A stretch of 64,000 bases of DNA from Naegleria gruberi (lineage: Eukaryota): NCBI GenBank assembly GCA_000004985.1, contig GG738850.1; one strand, 5' to 3'. The notes below the pieces were generated by a model. It saw nothing but the letters and a program-made list of their open reading frames with translations. It was not told the origin of the DNA and made no database searches. The position numbers and the translations under genes are program-made. Shown piece after piece: positions 46,127 through 59,100 of this stretch. How positions within the stretch are numbered: position 1 is the first letter of the stretch; every line of letters begins with the position of its first letter.

Positions 46127-46630
46127 TTTTTATATTTTTTTTGAAAACGAAAAATGAGAAATTTTTTCTCAAAGAACAAGCAATTTTTTGCTTCAAGAAG
46201 AATTTTGAGAAAAATTTAAAGAAGGCTTTGATTCAAGAAAACATCACATCAATATTATTATTATCATGAAGAATAATAGACAACGTATTGGAGAGTAGGT
46301 TTTTTTTTCAAAGTGAATCATCGGATGATGATGAATTATTGATGATGATTTGATGATAATTTTGATGATGAAATTTGTTGTTGTTGATGTGGTGATGATG
46401 AAATTATTCAGATCGAATATTAATTGGGTGGAAGCTGCTTTGGGAATTGGTAAGAATAGAAGAAAGGTTTGTTATTTCATCTATTTTATCTCTAATCTTT
46501 TCTTTAATAATATATTAAATAATAATATTTAATTATTAAATATAATATAACAATGAGAGGATAGACTGTCGGATTTGGAGCCTACAATAAGAAAACAAAA
46601 GAATATGAGGATGAATTCTACATTCGTGAA

Positions 46631-47299
46631 ATGTCCATCATTGATGCAGGTATTGGATGTGCCTTGTGGGATGCAGCCATCATCATGACTCGATACATTT
46701 ATGAATTTGGAGATTTGATATTCAAGGATCGTAAAGTAATGGAATTGGGAGCTGGTGTTGCATTGTGTGGAGTTTGTGCAGCTCGTTTTGCATCCACTTG
46801 TTATATTACTGATTTGCCTCACTTGATGGATAATATGAAATTCAATTTGAAGGCCAATTCTGATTTTGACGAAACTGATGAGAATACCAAATGTAAAACT
46901 GAGAAAATTAAGGAACAAAAGGAAAATATGCAAAAAAGTGGAAAAGTTGTAGAGCTTGATTGGTACAAGATTTATAATGAAATTCCAAAAGCTATGGAAC
47001 AAATTGCTAGAGGTGAAACACCAATTTTGGAAGTACCAGACAAGTGTGAAATTATTATTGGAAGTGAATTGACCTATACAGGAGATGAAAAGACAGTAGA
47101 GGCATTGATGAAAGTTATTGATACATTTATGGATGAGAAGGGAGTCTTTTTGGAAATTTTGAGTGATGATCGTGATGGTGTTTCATATTTTGTGGATCAA
47201 ATTACAAACCCTGAACGATACAATTATGTAATCAAGGTTTTCAAAGTTCATAGTAGATATATGGGTAATTTTGGAACTGGTCAAAGAGATGAAACATAG
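46631..47299 (+). CDS. Class I SAM-dependent methyltransferase, METTL21/FAM86-like (protein-lysine methyltransferase family); 5' exon possibly missing
   Basis: GIGCALWDAAIIMTRYI then KVMELGAGVALCGVCAARF (motif I) ...YITDL; the WDAA motif lies only about 10 aa from the tracked Met. Confidence 0.5.
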   Translation: MSIIDAGIGCALWDAAIIMTRYIYEFGDLIFKDRKVMELGAGVALCGVCAARFASTCYITDLPHLMDNMKFNLKANSDFDETDENTKCKTEKIKEQKENMQKSGKVVELDWYKIYNEIPKAMEQIARGETPILEVPDKCEIIIGSELTYTGDEKTVEALMKVIDTFMDEKGVFLEILSDDRDGVSYFVDQITNPERYNYVIKVFKVHSRYMGNFGTGQRDET

Positions 47300-47436
47300 T
47301 AAGTAGTAGAATGTTGATCATTTTTTTGCTAATCAACTATTCCAGTAAATTTTATCTTTTAACTAGAAAGGAAAATGAAAATGGTGAATTATTCCTCAAG
47401 ATGTGTGAGACTCTCCAAAATGATCAATAAATTTAT

Positions 47437-48140
47437 TTACATTCCTTGAGCCTTGAGAATGAGATTATCTTGATTGGCATCTTCGGCAATTTCTCTTAAC
47501 AATCTAATCAAGTTGATGTACTAAATTAAAGAAATGTTTTTAAAGAATGGAAATACATTTTTGGATATAATTTGAGGTTCTTTTTGATTACTTACATTTT
47601 CCTTAGATGTGACACCAACAACTGATGATTATTAATTTTAAATTTCAATATTCAATAATTAATGTCGTCAGCTCGTATTGGATCATGAAATTACTTACAT
47701 TTGGTATCTTCGTCCCATCCATTTCTTTGAATAGAGACTTGCTTTCCTTCCCAAAAGAATACAATGGCAGGACAAGCCTTTACATTGCATTCCAAAGCAA
47801 ATTGAATATTTTCTGTTGGATCCAAAATAAATATTTGAGCATAGCTCACAGAATCTCCCATACGAATTTCCTCAAAGCCTTATATTATTTAAATAAATTA
47901 TTAAATTCCATCATTGATTATTATTTTTAAATTCCAATAATATTAATGATTTTCATCCCATCATTAAATTCTCCAATTTATGGTTCGATATTAAGAAAAC
48001 CTACACTTTGCTAATCCTCTAGAAATTGGAGAGAATGGTTCAGCAAAACAACAAACGATCAATTTCATGTCTGATTTTGAGAGTAGCGAATCCCGAACTA
48101 AATCAGAGACATCCCACCGAATAGAAACACTTTCTGTCAT
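47437..48140 (-). CDS. Thioredoxin-fold protein, Dim1/TXNL4-like layout, about 4 short exons missed by the ORF track
   Basis: Exon 1 MTESVSIRWDVSDLVRDSLLSKSDMKLIVCCFAEPFSPISRGLAK; exon 2 CFEEIRMGDSVSYAQIFILDPTENIQFALECNVKACPAIVFFWEGKQVSIQRNGWDEDTK; micro-exon FVGVTSKEN; last exon YINLIRLLREIAEDANQDNLILKAQGM-TAA followed by AATAAA; all junctions GTAAGT or GTAGGT ... AG and frame-preserving. Confidence 0.45.
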
Positions 48141-48256
48141 TTTTTATTATTAATTGAGGTTCTTTGAGATGAAAAGTGTACAATTTTGGCGCCAAAATTT
48201 TGGAATGAAGCGTTTTACTAAGGCCAAGTAAGGAATCGATTCGTTCTTAATGTAAT

Positions 48257-48318
48257 CGGGTGTGGTAGCATTCCAGACTGTCACTCTGGCGACCCGGGTT
48301 CAATTCCCGGCACTCGAG
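48257..48318 (+). tRNA. tRNA-Asp(GTC)-like element with truncated D-arm (possible pseudogene or tRNA-derived sequence)
   Basis: Acceptor tcgggtg/cactcga (6 WC + 1 GU), anticodon stem ccaga/tctgg with loop ctGTCac, T-arm ccggg-ttcaatt-cccgg, but only about 8 nt where the D-arm should be. Confidence 0.35.
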
Positions 48319-48678
48319 ATTAATTTTTGACACTATCTACAATATTTAAATTTTAACTTTTTCATAATAGGAGGAATGATATATGATCTAGCTAATTTTC
48401 AATTATCAAAGTTTCAACTTTTAAAACCATCGAGAAAATAATCAAAGATTTGCCACTTTCATTTTCCGTAACAATATCACAACTCGAAACAATTCTATCC
48501 ACCAATCTTTAAATTGTCTCAATCCTACTCTCGATGTGCAAGTTCATTCAATAAAAAAACACAATTTCCAAGAAAACAACTATTATTGATTCAAGAGGGT
48601 ATAAGCTTTATGAAAAACAAATATAATAGGGTTATAATTTTGAAATATTCAATACATTTAGTTTAAACGTTTATTCAA

Positions 48679-51600
48679 TTAAACACTATAACTTAACATT
48701 TCCACTTGAGCGTTAGGATCCCCAACTACTGGAACCTCATAGACAGGACCCTTTCTTCTCTTACAACAATCCCACTTCAATTTTAATAAGACAACAATAA
48801 AAACAAAGACTGTACATAATAAACAAGTGAAACCAAGAATTGTTCCAAGAATTATACCCAAATATCGATCTTCTGCTATTGGTGTGGAAACCTTTACAAC
48901 CTTTTCAAGAATATTTTCAATAATCATAGTGCTTGTTGTAGAGTTGCATTTACAAGTTGCGGTAGAGTTGGAGCTCACCACAACAACACAGGATGGATCA
49001 ACTCCAACAGTGAAATTCTTAAATGTTCTACATAATAATTCTGAAGATCTATACACTTTTGTAATTACATTTTTGTTTGATTGAGTGGATTTAGTTGTGG
49101 AAATCAAAGAGTTGCTTGGATAATTCTTGACGTTAGATATTGTCATATTATAAGTGATTGGAGTCAATACATCTGCAGTGGATTCCAATAATTCAAAGAA
49201 TAAGACATTGCTTCTAAGAAACATGGTAGAAGATATTGATGTTTCAATCTTAGATGTGTTCACAGTGATGGTGCTATCACTTAACACCACCTTAGCGGCA
49301 ACAGTGTCAGAAATACCAAATATATCGTTGGAGGAAATTGAAATAAAGGAAATAGACTTTCTGTTAGATTTTTCGCTCAAGTAGAGAGGCATTTCTGGAG
49401 GCAACAAAACAACAGCACCTTCAAGTGGTGATGTTAATCTTGATTCAAAACCTGCTCTAAAGAGCTTGTTGGATGAAATTGAAGCAAAGACTGTCTTCAA
49501 TTGTAAATCTCTTTCACCAATGTAAATACCTCTCAACATTAAATTAGAAACACGTTTCAGCATTGTGTAGAGAGAACTGAGTTGGTCTGATGCTTGTAAC
49601 TGATTGTATGTAATATAATTGTAGATAGAATTCAAGATATTGGTCAATAACTTGTCAACTCCAAAAGGAACTCTAAGCTCCTTATTATATTCGCAGAATT
49701 TAAGTAAGGTGTTAACAATATCATAGGCCTTTTCCATACTATGTCCATCCAATTCATCATACTTTTCAATCAATGAATCCAAACCGTATGCTTGAAGAGT
49801 CAAGTAGGTTTCTGTAATAATTTCATATGGATTTCTAGCGTCGAATGTTTGAATAAATTCATCCATCAAGGCAACTCTGATTTCCTTATAGGCAGCAAAA
49901 TCTTCCTCTGTAACACTGCAATCTGCCTTTTCAAATCCAGATGCACATGAACATCTATTGGTTTCAGTAATAAGAGTTCCTCCATTTTGACAAACGAGCT
50001 TCACATCTCTTCTTCTTGCACCACTGGTAATCTTTGTTAGCATACCATCAGCGACTCTTGAAATTGTTGCAGAGTTGAAAACCATCTTGGCTGTATCACC
50101 ATCTTTGAGTGAATTTTGAATTGTACTGTAAGAGGCAACCTTCTTTTTAACTTCCACGACACTCTTTACAGCTGCAAGATCAATGGTAATGTCCTTTTTG
50201 ATTTCAGTGTAGGCACCAGTGGATTTATCTGTTATTCTAATGTATGTGGTGACGATCTTGTTAGAAAGTGGTGTGTATGAACATGGCAGCTTGGTTGAAT
50301 AGACTTCTCCGTTTTGATAAAGTGGAATATTAGCACCTGATTTGTCATCAATAAAACCATAGACCACTTGAAGGGTCTTTTGAGCGTTTTGACAATTGGT
50401 ACATGCGAATGAGAAACTAGTTTCTAAGGCAATACCTGATGAAGGAGAAACAGTGCATGGACAAGCTTGAGGTGGAGCAGCAATTTGGAAAGAGTATGAA
50501 TAGACAGCACTCAATCCATTTCTAATATCAGTTACCTTCAAGGACAAGACATAGGTAGCTCCATCTTCCAACGTTGCAGGATCAATAACAACAGAGTTGG
50601 ATAGTGTTGGGCTGGAAGTCATTTTAGAGATAACTGCTTCACCATTTGAAAGTATCTTTGAATTCAAAGTCCATTCTCTGCTAATATACTGATCAATTCC
50701 AACAGATTCTCCATTGGCAGTGACTGCAAGTTGCAAGTTAACAATATCTTGTTTCAAAATGACAGTCTTAGTTGGGACAACTGAAATAAGTGTAACGGTT
50801 GGAGGAACTTTCTTACTTTCAGGGAAAACAAAATCAAGAGTAGTTTGAACTGATCTTATTCCCTTAACAACCGAGAGGGTTAATTTAAGAGTTGGCATCG
50901 AGTTGTAAACTTTGAGGTCAGCTGAGGAAATTAAAGGTCTAACAGTTCTATCATTTGAATACGAGATAAGGGCAGAATCAATAGTTGTTCCACACCCAAC
51001 ATTATTAGTTGCATCGAAGCAAGACCATGTCCATGTTTCAGCCTCAGATGTGACATCAGGATCAACAAGATTGACAACAATAGTACCCATATCGGAAGAT
51101 ACTTCATCACTATATAAAATTAAGCTCAAAGGGCTTGGTCTAACAGTAATCTTAATGGTGTCGGATGCAGTCGAAAGAGGATTCACCACTGAAGTTACAG
51201 TGATTTTGAATTCATAGACGGCTTCAACCAGACCAGAAAAGTGGGTGACTGCCAAGTTGTTAAACTTGTCTGTTTCAAAAGTTGTAACTGGACCTGATAA
51301 TTGTTCCCAGACAATGTTTAATTGTTGGTTTGGATAGAAGCAACTTGGAAGCTCCAAATGCTTCTTAATGACAACAGGAGATTCATACTTGATAATAGTT
51401 CTGTCATTGAAACCAATAATGTATAGCACTGGAAGTGGAACGGCTGCCTTTGAAACACTCCAAATACTCATAGTACTGACCTTTCCAGATATTGAGCTTT
51501 CTACTTGAAGACCGAACTTGTACTCACCAGGATATTGCATTGCAATGTAATCAAGAGACAAAACTGAGGTGTTAGGCATAGAGACAGAAAGGAAATTACT

Positions 51601-54600
51601 TGGAGAAGAAACAATTGTCCAATAATATTTCAATGGCTTTCTATCTCCAGAATAAGAAGCAGAGGCATCCAGACTAAAGTTATCGCAAGTACCAATATTA
51701 TTCAGACCAGAAAAGACGACAACTGGTATTGCTGGATTATCGGCATTCAAAACATATACATCTTGTAAATCAGTACCACTGGCATCAAATACCAGTCTAT
51801 TCATTCCAACAACTGCTCCTGGCATTAAGGAATAATCATCTCCAAAGAGAATTGTAAATTCACCACTACCTCTATTTGTCCACATGCATACAGGACCAGT
51901 ACCAAACAAGGATAATTGGGAGCTTGAAATTAATCTTGAACAATCAACTTTTGATTGAGTATAAGAAGCAGGACCAATAACTTTGAAAACAATGCCATTA
52001 AACATGTCCAAGAATTTGGCAGGACCGAATATTTGAGTTGAACATTGTGAACCATAATAACCAGTTTGACACTTGTTACAATTGGATCCTTCCCAATACC
52101 CTTCAGTTGGACTAGCATAACAAGAGCATGTTCCATTATTGGTACAATCTCCATGGTTAGAACATGTTGTTGATTTTTCACAAAATGTTCCACAATCAGA
52201 ATTAGGATTGTAATAGTTGGTCTTGCAAACGGAACAGAACTTTCCGTCCCAATTACCATTGCAAACACATTGGAGAGCTGAATTACAATAGCCATGTTGG
52301 TTACAAGTAGTAGCAGGATCACACTTGAGCTTCTTACATCCTGTTAATTCAGTTTCATAGTCAAGTCTACAAACATCACAATAGGTTCCTTGCCAATAAC
52401 CATCTTGATTATTTTGATTGCAAGAACATGTGTTGTAATCTGTACAATTACCCTGTCCACTGCAGACACCAGATTGATCGAACCTAATATTATTACAAGT
52501 GTAATATTGACAATAATCACCAGAGTATCCTGTACTGCATTGGCATCCAGTGGAACTACAAATACCCTTTCCATTACATACTCTTGAGTCTGTTGAAACA
52601 ACAAATGTATTCTCCTTACTCAAACATTGAAGATATTGACATTGATTTCCAGTGACTTTAGAAAGAGCAGTTGGAGCTGGGCAATTACATACATTAGGTG
52701 ATGAACAGACACCTTTTCCACTACAAACATTGGAATCATTTGCAGGCTTTCCAAAACAAACTGGAATTTCACATGTGGCTCCAATGTATCCATTATTGCA
52801 AGAGCAAGTATTTGGAGCTGTGCAGGTTCCATTTGAGCTTGAACAAACTTTTGAATTATTAGCTAAAATTCCAAAACAGATTGGAATATCACAAGTAAAG
52901 CCAGTATATCCTGAAATGCATTGGCAAGAATCTGGAGCTGAACAAATCCCTTTTCCTGAACAAACTGAACTTGAATTTGACAGAATGTCATAACATTTTT
53001 TGTGTTCACAGGCCTCTCCTGCATAACCTTGTTTGCAGGTGCAATTGTTTTGACCTACACAATAGCCATTACCTGAACAAGCTTGAGGGTTCAAGCTTGC
53101 GATTCCGTAGCAAGTAAAAGTACCTGGAATGATAAACTCACAATTATCTCCATAAAATCCTGCGAGACAACTGCAATTATTGACAGATACACATGCACCT
53201 CTGGATGAGCAAACAGAAGAAGAATTGAACATGGTTCCATTGCAGGTATGATGTTGGCAGTCATTACCAGTGTAGTTCTTGTTGCAAGAACAAACACCAG
53301 ATAGACAAATACCATTAAAGGAACAAACTGATGGATCTTCGGCTGTTTTACCATTGCATTTCACATTTTGGCAATCATTTCCGTATGTTGAGGAATTACA
53401 ATTACAAACTCCTGAAATGCATTGACCTGCATAAGAACAAACAGATGGATCTTCAGCAGTCTTTCCATTACATTTGATAAATTGACAGTCATTACCATAG
53501 TTGGAGGAAGAGCAGGTACAAGCTCCTTGATAACAAGTGCCATTGGAGGAACAAACACTTGGATCGACTGCTGTTTTTCCATTACATTTCATGAGTTGAC
53601 AGTCAGATCCGTAAGTGGTGGCGTTACAGCTACATGTTCCAGAAATACATTGACCTGCATAAGAACAAACAGAGGGATCTTCAGCAGTTTTACCATTACA
53701 TTTGATAAATTGGCAATCATTACCGTAGTTAGTTGAAGAACAGGTACAAACACCTGAGGAGCATGTTCCATTCGATGAACATACTGTTGCGTTTTCTGCT
53801 GTTTTTCCATTACATTTCAAGAATTGACAATCGTTACCATATGTAGTTGAATTACAATTACACACTCCAGAAATACATTGACCAGATGAGGAGCAAACAG
53901 TGGAATCATTAATCATCTTTCCATTGCACTTCAACATTTCACATTGGTTACCATAAACAGTTGAGTTTACACAGGAACAAACGTCCTGAGCAATGCAAGA
54001 ACCCATTCCACTGCAAACACTTTGACTACCGGCAGAAATTCCAAAACATGTAAAGAGACTTCCTGAACAATCATTTCCAAAGAATCCTGTATTGCAAGTG
54101 CAATTATCAGTTGAAATGCAAGAACCATGGCCAGAGCAAACTAGAGTTTCATTGCTCATGACACCACTACATTTCCAAACTTCACAATCAGATCCATAAA
54201 AACCAGAAGAACAATTACAAGTGCCAGTTAATGCATTACAATCACCACGTGAATGACAAACTGAAGAATCATTGGCAAACTTTCCATTACACTTGGAAAA
54301 CTCGCATTCATTACCGTAGAAATCAGATCTGCAAGCACAAGTGTCCAATCTGATGCAATCACCTCTGGAATTACAAACTGAAGAATCATTGGCAAGCTTT
54401 CCAAAGCAAGATGGCTTATCACAGAGAGGACCTGTCCATCCTGGCTCACATTGACACTTATCAGTGCCAACACAAGAGCCATGTACACAACCTGGATTAC
54501 AAGACAAACTACAATTTGCAGTTATGATACCATCTTCACATTGACACAAATTATTGCCAGCACAAATACCATGACCACTGCAATAATTCAAAGCGCTGCA

Positions 54601-55723
54601 ATCAAATTGATCACCAACATAGAGAGACGCAGTTGTAAAAGCAGCATTTTCACAAGCATACTTGTAGGCAAGTTTTCTTCTTGGATGGGAGCAAACATTT
54701 GTTCCCTTTCCACCCATTCCATGATAGGCACCTGTTTGACTTCCACCAATACCAATGTAGGCATCAAGTTTTCCACTCTCAACACAAGAGGCATTTGAAG
54801 AGGTTACAACACCAAATCTCACTTTCAAATAATTACTATTTCCCATGTTGAATCCAATTAATTTGTTGGCACAATATTTGGCAGATGTGTAATCTGGAGC
54901 TAGAGAATAGAAATTTCTAGCAGTTCTCAAAGATCCTGGAACTACTCTGGATTGATAAGTTTCATCAGAGAACGCTTCTAACAATGACTTTTTGTTAACT
55001 GTAAAAACAGCAGTATTGGTCTTGTTAGACTCGACAATGAATCCGTCATGATCCAAAACAAAAGCTGTCTTAACTGTTGTCATTTTCAAAGAGTGAGCAA
55101 CATGTTTAGTAAAAGCCAAAGTCTTCAAATTAGTATATTGATATCCAATACTTCCAACTGTGGCGTTATTGGTCCAATATTGACTAGAATAGGAGAAGGT
55201 TGCATCAGATCCATCCTTCAAATCCAAAGCAAGAGCCCAAGCACCTATATTTTAACACAAAGGAGCCTTGTTAAATATGAAGAAGGAATAATAACATACC
55301 CTTTGATGAAACATCAAACAAGCACTTGGTTTGATAAGTAACCTTATTGTTATTTCCATCCAAAAGGAACAAGTAGAACAAGTTTCCAGAGATACTTGAC
55401 ACTGACTCTCCCTTACTCAAATAATAATCTCTGATGGCACCACAACTTACAGCAGCGGTATCAGCAGAAGATCCATTAGAGACTTTCAATTTGAGTGTAG
55501 TAAAAGAATCAATCATCCACTGACCCAAATTATCGGAAGGAGAAGAAGCAGCAATTATAGAACAGTTAAATAAAACAATTAATGCAATAATGGCCATAAT
55601 CATGGAGGCGCTTAATAAATTGGAGAATGATTTCTTCAACCTATTGAAACCACCATCATCATCACAGCGTTGAACTTTGTTGCTCAAATGAGGACACGTA
55701 AAATGTCCCCTCATTGAATTCAT
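48679..55723 (-). CDS. Giant (about 2300 aa) type I membrane protein: signal/anchor, N-terminal Gly-rich globular domain, about 35-40 EGF-like Cys repeats, REJ/PKD-like module, Ig/FN-like spacer, TM and 37-aa cytoplasmic tail; complement(join(48679..55234,55291..55723))
   Basis: Exon 1 has hydrophobic MIMAIIALIVLFNCSIIAASS and ends ...DVSSKG|GTATGT; exon 2 begins AWALALDLKDGSDATF (tracked ORF 'M' is TTG); repeats of CSG.G.C...C.C..G..G..C; C-terminal TM LGIILGTILGFTCLLCTVFVFIVVLL then KLKWDCCKRRK. Confidence 0.75.
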
Positions 55724-56101
55724 TTTTTTTTACACTTGAATCTTTGCAATTTGCGCGGGAGGAAAGGATGCAAATGTTTTTGGTCTTAATTTCCCAAAGG
55801 AAACATACTTGCTGAATATAAAGCATGGAGACGAAGAAAGATTCTGAAAAAGTTAAGGCTGTCTTGTTTCTTGCTTCGTAATAATCGTTGAAAAAATAAC
55901 AACTTTTTTCCTTAATTATTTTGTGTACAATTAAGAACTGAAGGTGATTAAGGTAAGCTTTACTTTTATAATGGACCCTCCTCATCCCGCCAAAATACTC
56001 TCTAATGAAAAGTCATCATATGCGAGTCTTAATTAAAAAAAATACCTCTGAGAGAGTACACCCACCACAATCAATAATATATTTTCATACCTCGCGAAAT
56101 T

Positions 56102-59100
56102 ATGCAAATATCATCACGGAATGTGTTTGTTGTGGTATTGTTGGTAATTGGTTTATTGTCCAATAATGTTTATTCCTTTAATGCTTCAGTGTGCCCCACT
56201 TTCAATAGCCAAGCGTGTAATGGTGCCGCCTTATTGAATCCGTGTGCTTCTGGTGGTGAAGAAACAAATTATTGTGACTGTTTTGGATTTGGGAGTGGCG
56301 GGTTTTCAGCCTTTTATGGAGGTGTTGCATGTGAAACCTTTCAATGCTATAAAGTAGACATGCATATTGGAATTGGTCTGTACGACCAATATATTTGTTC
56401 AAATAATGGAGATTGCATTGGACCCAATAGTTGTCAGTGTAATCAAGGTTATACTGGTTACAAATGTCAATACTCTATTGCAGATATTTCTTGTTTTAAC
56501 TTACCCGCAAATAGTTCTACTGTCTGTAGTGGAAAAGGAAAGTGTACACATCCGAATGAATGCCTTTGTAATAAGGGATATGAAGGTTTAAATTGTGAAA
56601 AGTTTAGATGTTATGGTCATTTGAACTCGGATTCGAATGCTTGTAGTGGGAAAGGAAAGTGTATAGATTGGAATGTCTGCGATTGTGACAACGGAAATTC
56701 TGGAAAAAATTGTGAACTAGTGTCCACTGTTGGTAGCTCCATTCAAAGAGTATGTTTTGGAATACCTAACACTAACAATTCGGTCTGCAATAACCGTGGT
56801 GTTTGTGTTGGACCTGATTCCTGTGTATGTAATCCAGGATATTTTGGATCTGAATGTGAACATTCCTTCTGTTTTTCTATTCCTCAAAATGACTCATCTG
56901 TTTGTAATGGCAGAGGCTTTTGTAATGAAAAAGATTCATGTAATTGCCTTTCTCAACTCTCAAATGTTCTGATTTCAGGAAGTGAATGTGAATATTTACA
57001 GTGCAAGGGAACTTTTGGCCAATACTATTTCTCTACAGATAGTACCAATGTATGCTCTGGAAATGGAATTTGCACCCTAAACGGTTGTAACTGTACTGAA
57101 GGGTACTCTGGAGAATTTTGTCAAGATTATTTCTGTGGTGGTGTCCCAAATTACAGTCCATCGTCATGCTCTGGACATGGTAACTGTATTGCTCCAGATG
57201 ATTGTTCTTGCTATACTAATTCAACTCATGGTTTTTGGATAGGATCTGATTGCAGTGTTTGTGATTCATCTCACCATGGATCTGACTGTTTGTCCAGTGT
57301 CAACTGTGACAGATATGAAACTTGTAATGGCCAGGGAAATTGCTCTTCAAATCATACATGCCTTTGTGATGATGGATTCGAGGGAGAATTCTGTGATGAA
57401 TGCTCAAATGATAGATATGGTTGGGATTGTAAGCAGTTTTGTTCAAGAATTTCAAGCTGCTATGGTCACGGTGAGTGTTCCAGAGATGGCCAGGTATGTG
57501 AATGTGATTATTCCCAAAGCACTGGTTTTTGGAAAGGAAATAATTGCTCCTCTTGTGCTGATGGTTTTTTTGGAGACGATTGTTTGACAAAGGTTGGATC
57601 AACCTTTGAGTTTAATTCCCTAGGAAATGAGATTTACTTTGATTTGAATGGTCCTTCAACCTATCTTGGTGGTGTTGTTGATTGTTCAACCCTCTTATCC
57701 TCTTCCTCTTACTCATCTATTGGAAGTTCATTAGCTAAATGTATTTTCAAAACTCCTTTAATTCCATCAAGAATTTCTATAGAGCTTGCAAGCACATCAA
57801 CTATTAAGCCAGGCGACTCCTTGGAGGTTAATTTGAAAGTTTTTGATGCACAACATCTACCAAGATCTCTCTCCACACTCTCATGTTCAGCATCTAATAT
57901 ATCTTCTCCTATTGCTGAAATTGTTTACCACAACACCTTAGTGAGATATTCTGAAAATTTGGTTCTTACAGGAAGAAATAGATTAGGTATTCCTCGTGAA
58001 CGCGTATTGTTCTATGAGTGGACTTTAATTTCAAGTACCTCTTCTTTTAATTCTCTTTCTAGTGTTGTGTCGTCAGGATCAGGTCTAGGAAAATCAGTTC
58101 TCAATATTTCTAACACGGATTTACCAGATAACAATGCATTTGCAATTCAACTTAAAGTGAAACACCCAGACTTTAACTTGTGGAGTAATTATGTAATCGT
58201 TAACTTTACAAAAGAAGATCAACCAATAGTTCAATCACCGTACAAAAAATATGAAGTGTATATATATCCTCCTTTAGACCCCTATTATGTGACAGAGTTT
58301 GTTTTTCCAATCACTGTTCCGTATCAAGTTTTGGAAGATGGTGTTCCAGTGGATACTTCTTCATTTACTGCAATTAGTTGGACATTTGATCCAGATATTC
58401 AAGCAAGTGGGCAGAGTATTTTTACAGTGGATACAACAACAAATGGTGTACTTTCTTTTGATGCAACCATTAGTGAAATGGAAAATACTATTGTCACAGT
58501 TAAATGTGACGTTATAGAAAACAATGTTGTATTAACATCCAGTTCTTTCAAAATCAAATCTGTTGCAGAGTATAAACCTTCTCTCAAAACAAATGAGACA
58601 GATTATGGGGTTTTCTTTAATATTGGATCTTTGAAGGGAATGCCATTACAGCAGAGCTATTGGGAATGTCACGCACCAACACAGCACCAGGGAAAATGTG
58701 AACCTGAAATCGAGGCTTTCTTCAAAGATGCAACTAACAAGAAAAGCGTCTTTATTCCTAATGAATATTTATACAAGTACAAAGTACTTTATTATGCTCG
58801 TGTTTCAATGGTTGTTAATGGGGCTCATTATAAGGGACAAGCGGATGCTTTTGGTAAAAAGGGTTTAGAAATCTTAAAGATTGGAAATGAAGATGTAAAG
58901 CATTATGTCTATTTGAGTAGAACGCAACAAACTAACTACATTTTGTACTATGACAACACAAGACAATCAATGACAAGCCCTCCTTCATATTCAATGTTTG
59001 ATGAGCTTGGAAATAACATTACAGATATTCTTGTTTTGGATGCAACAAACAAACGTATTATAATCAATCCTACCGCAATACCATCTCAATCAACTTTATT

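Noticed and set aside
50912-54798. Multiple 60-130-aa ORFs on both strands inside the 48679..55234 exon (e.g. 52652..52993, 53422..53736, 54451..54798)
   Set aside because: Alternative-frame or antisense openings within a very long Cys-repeat exon. They are periodic because the EGF units repeat, and none has independent support.
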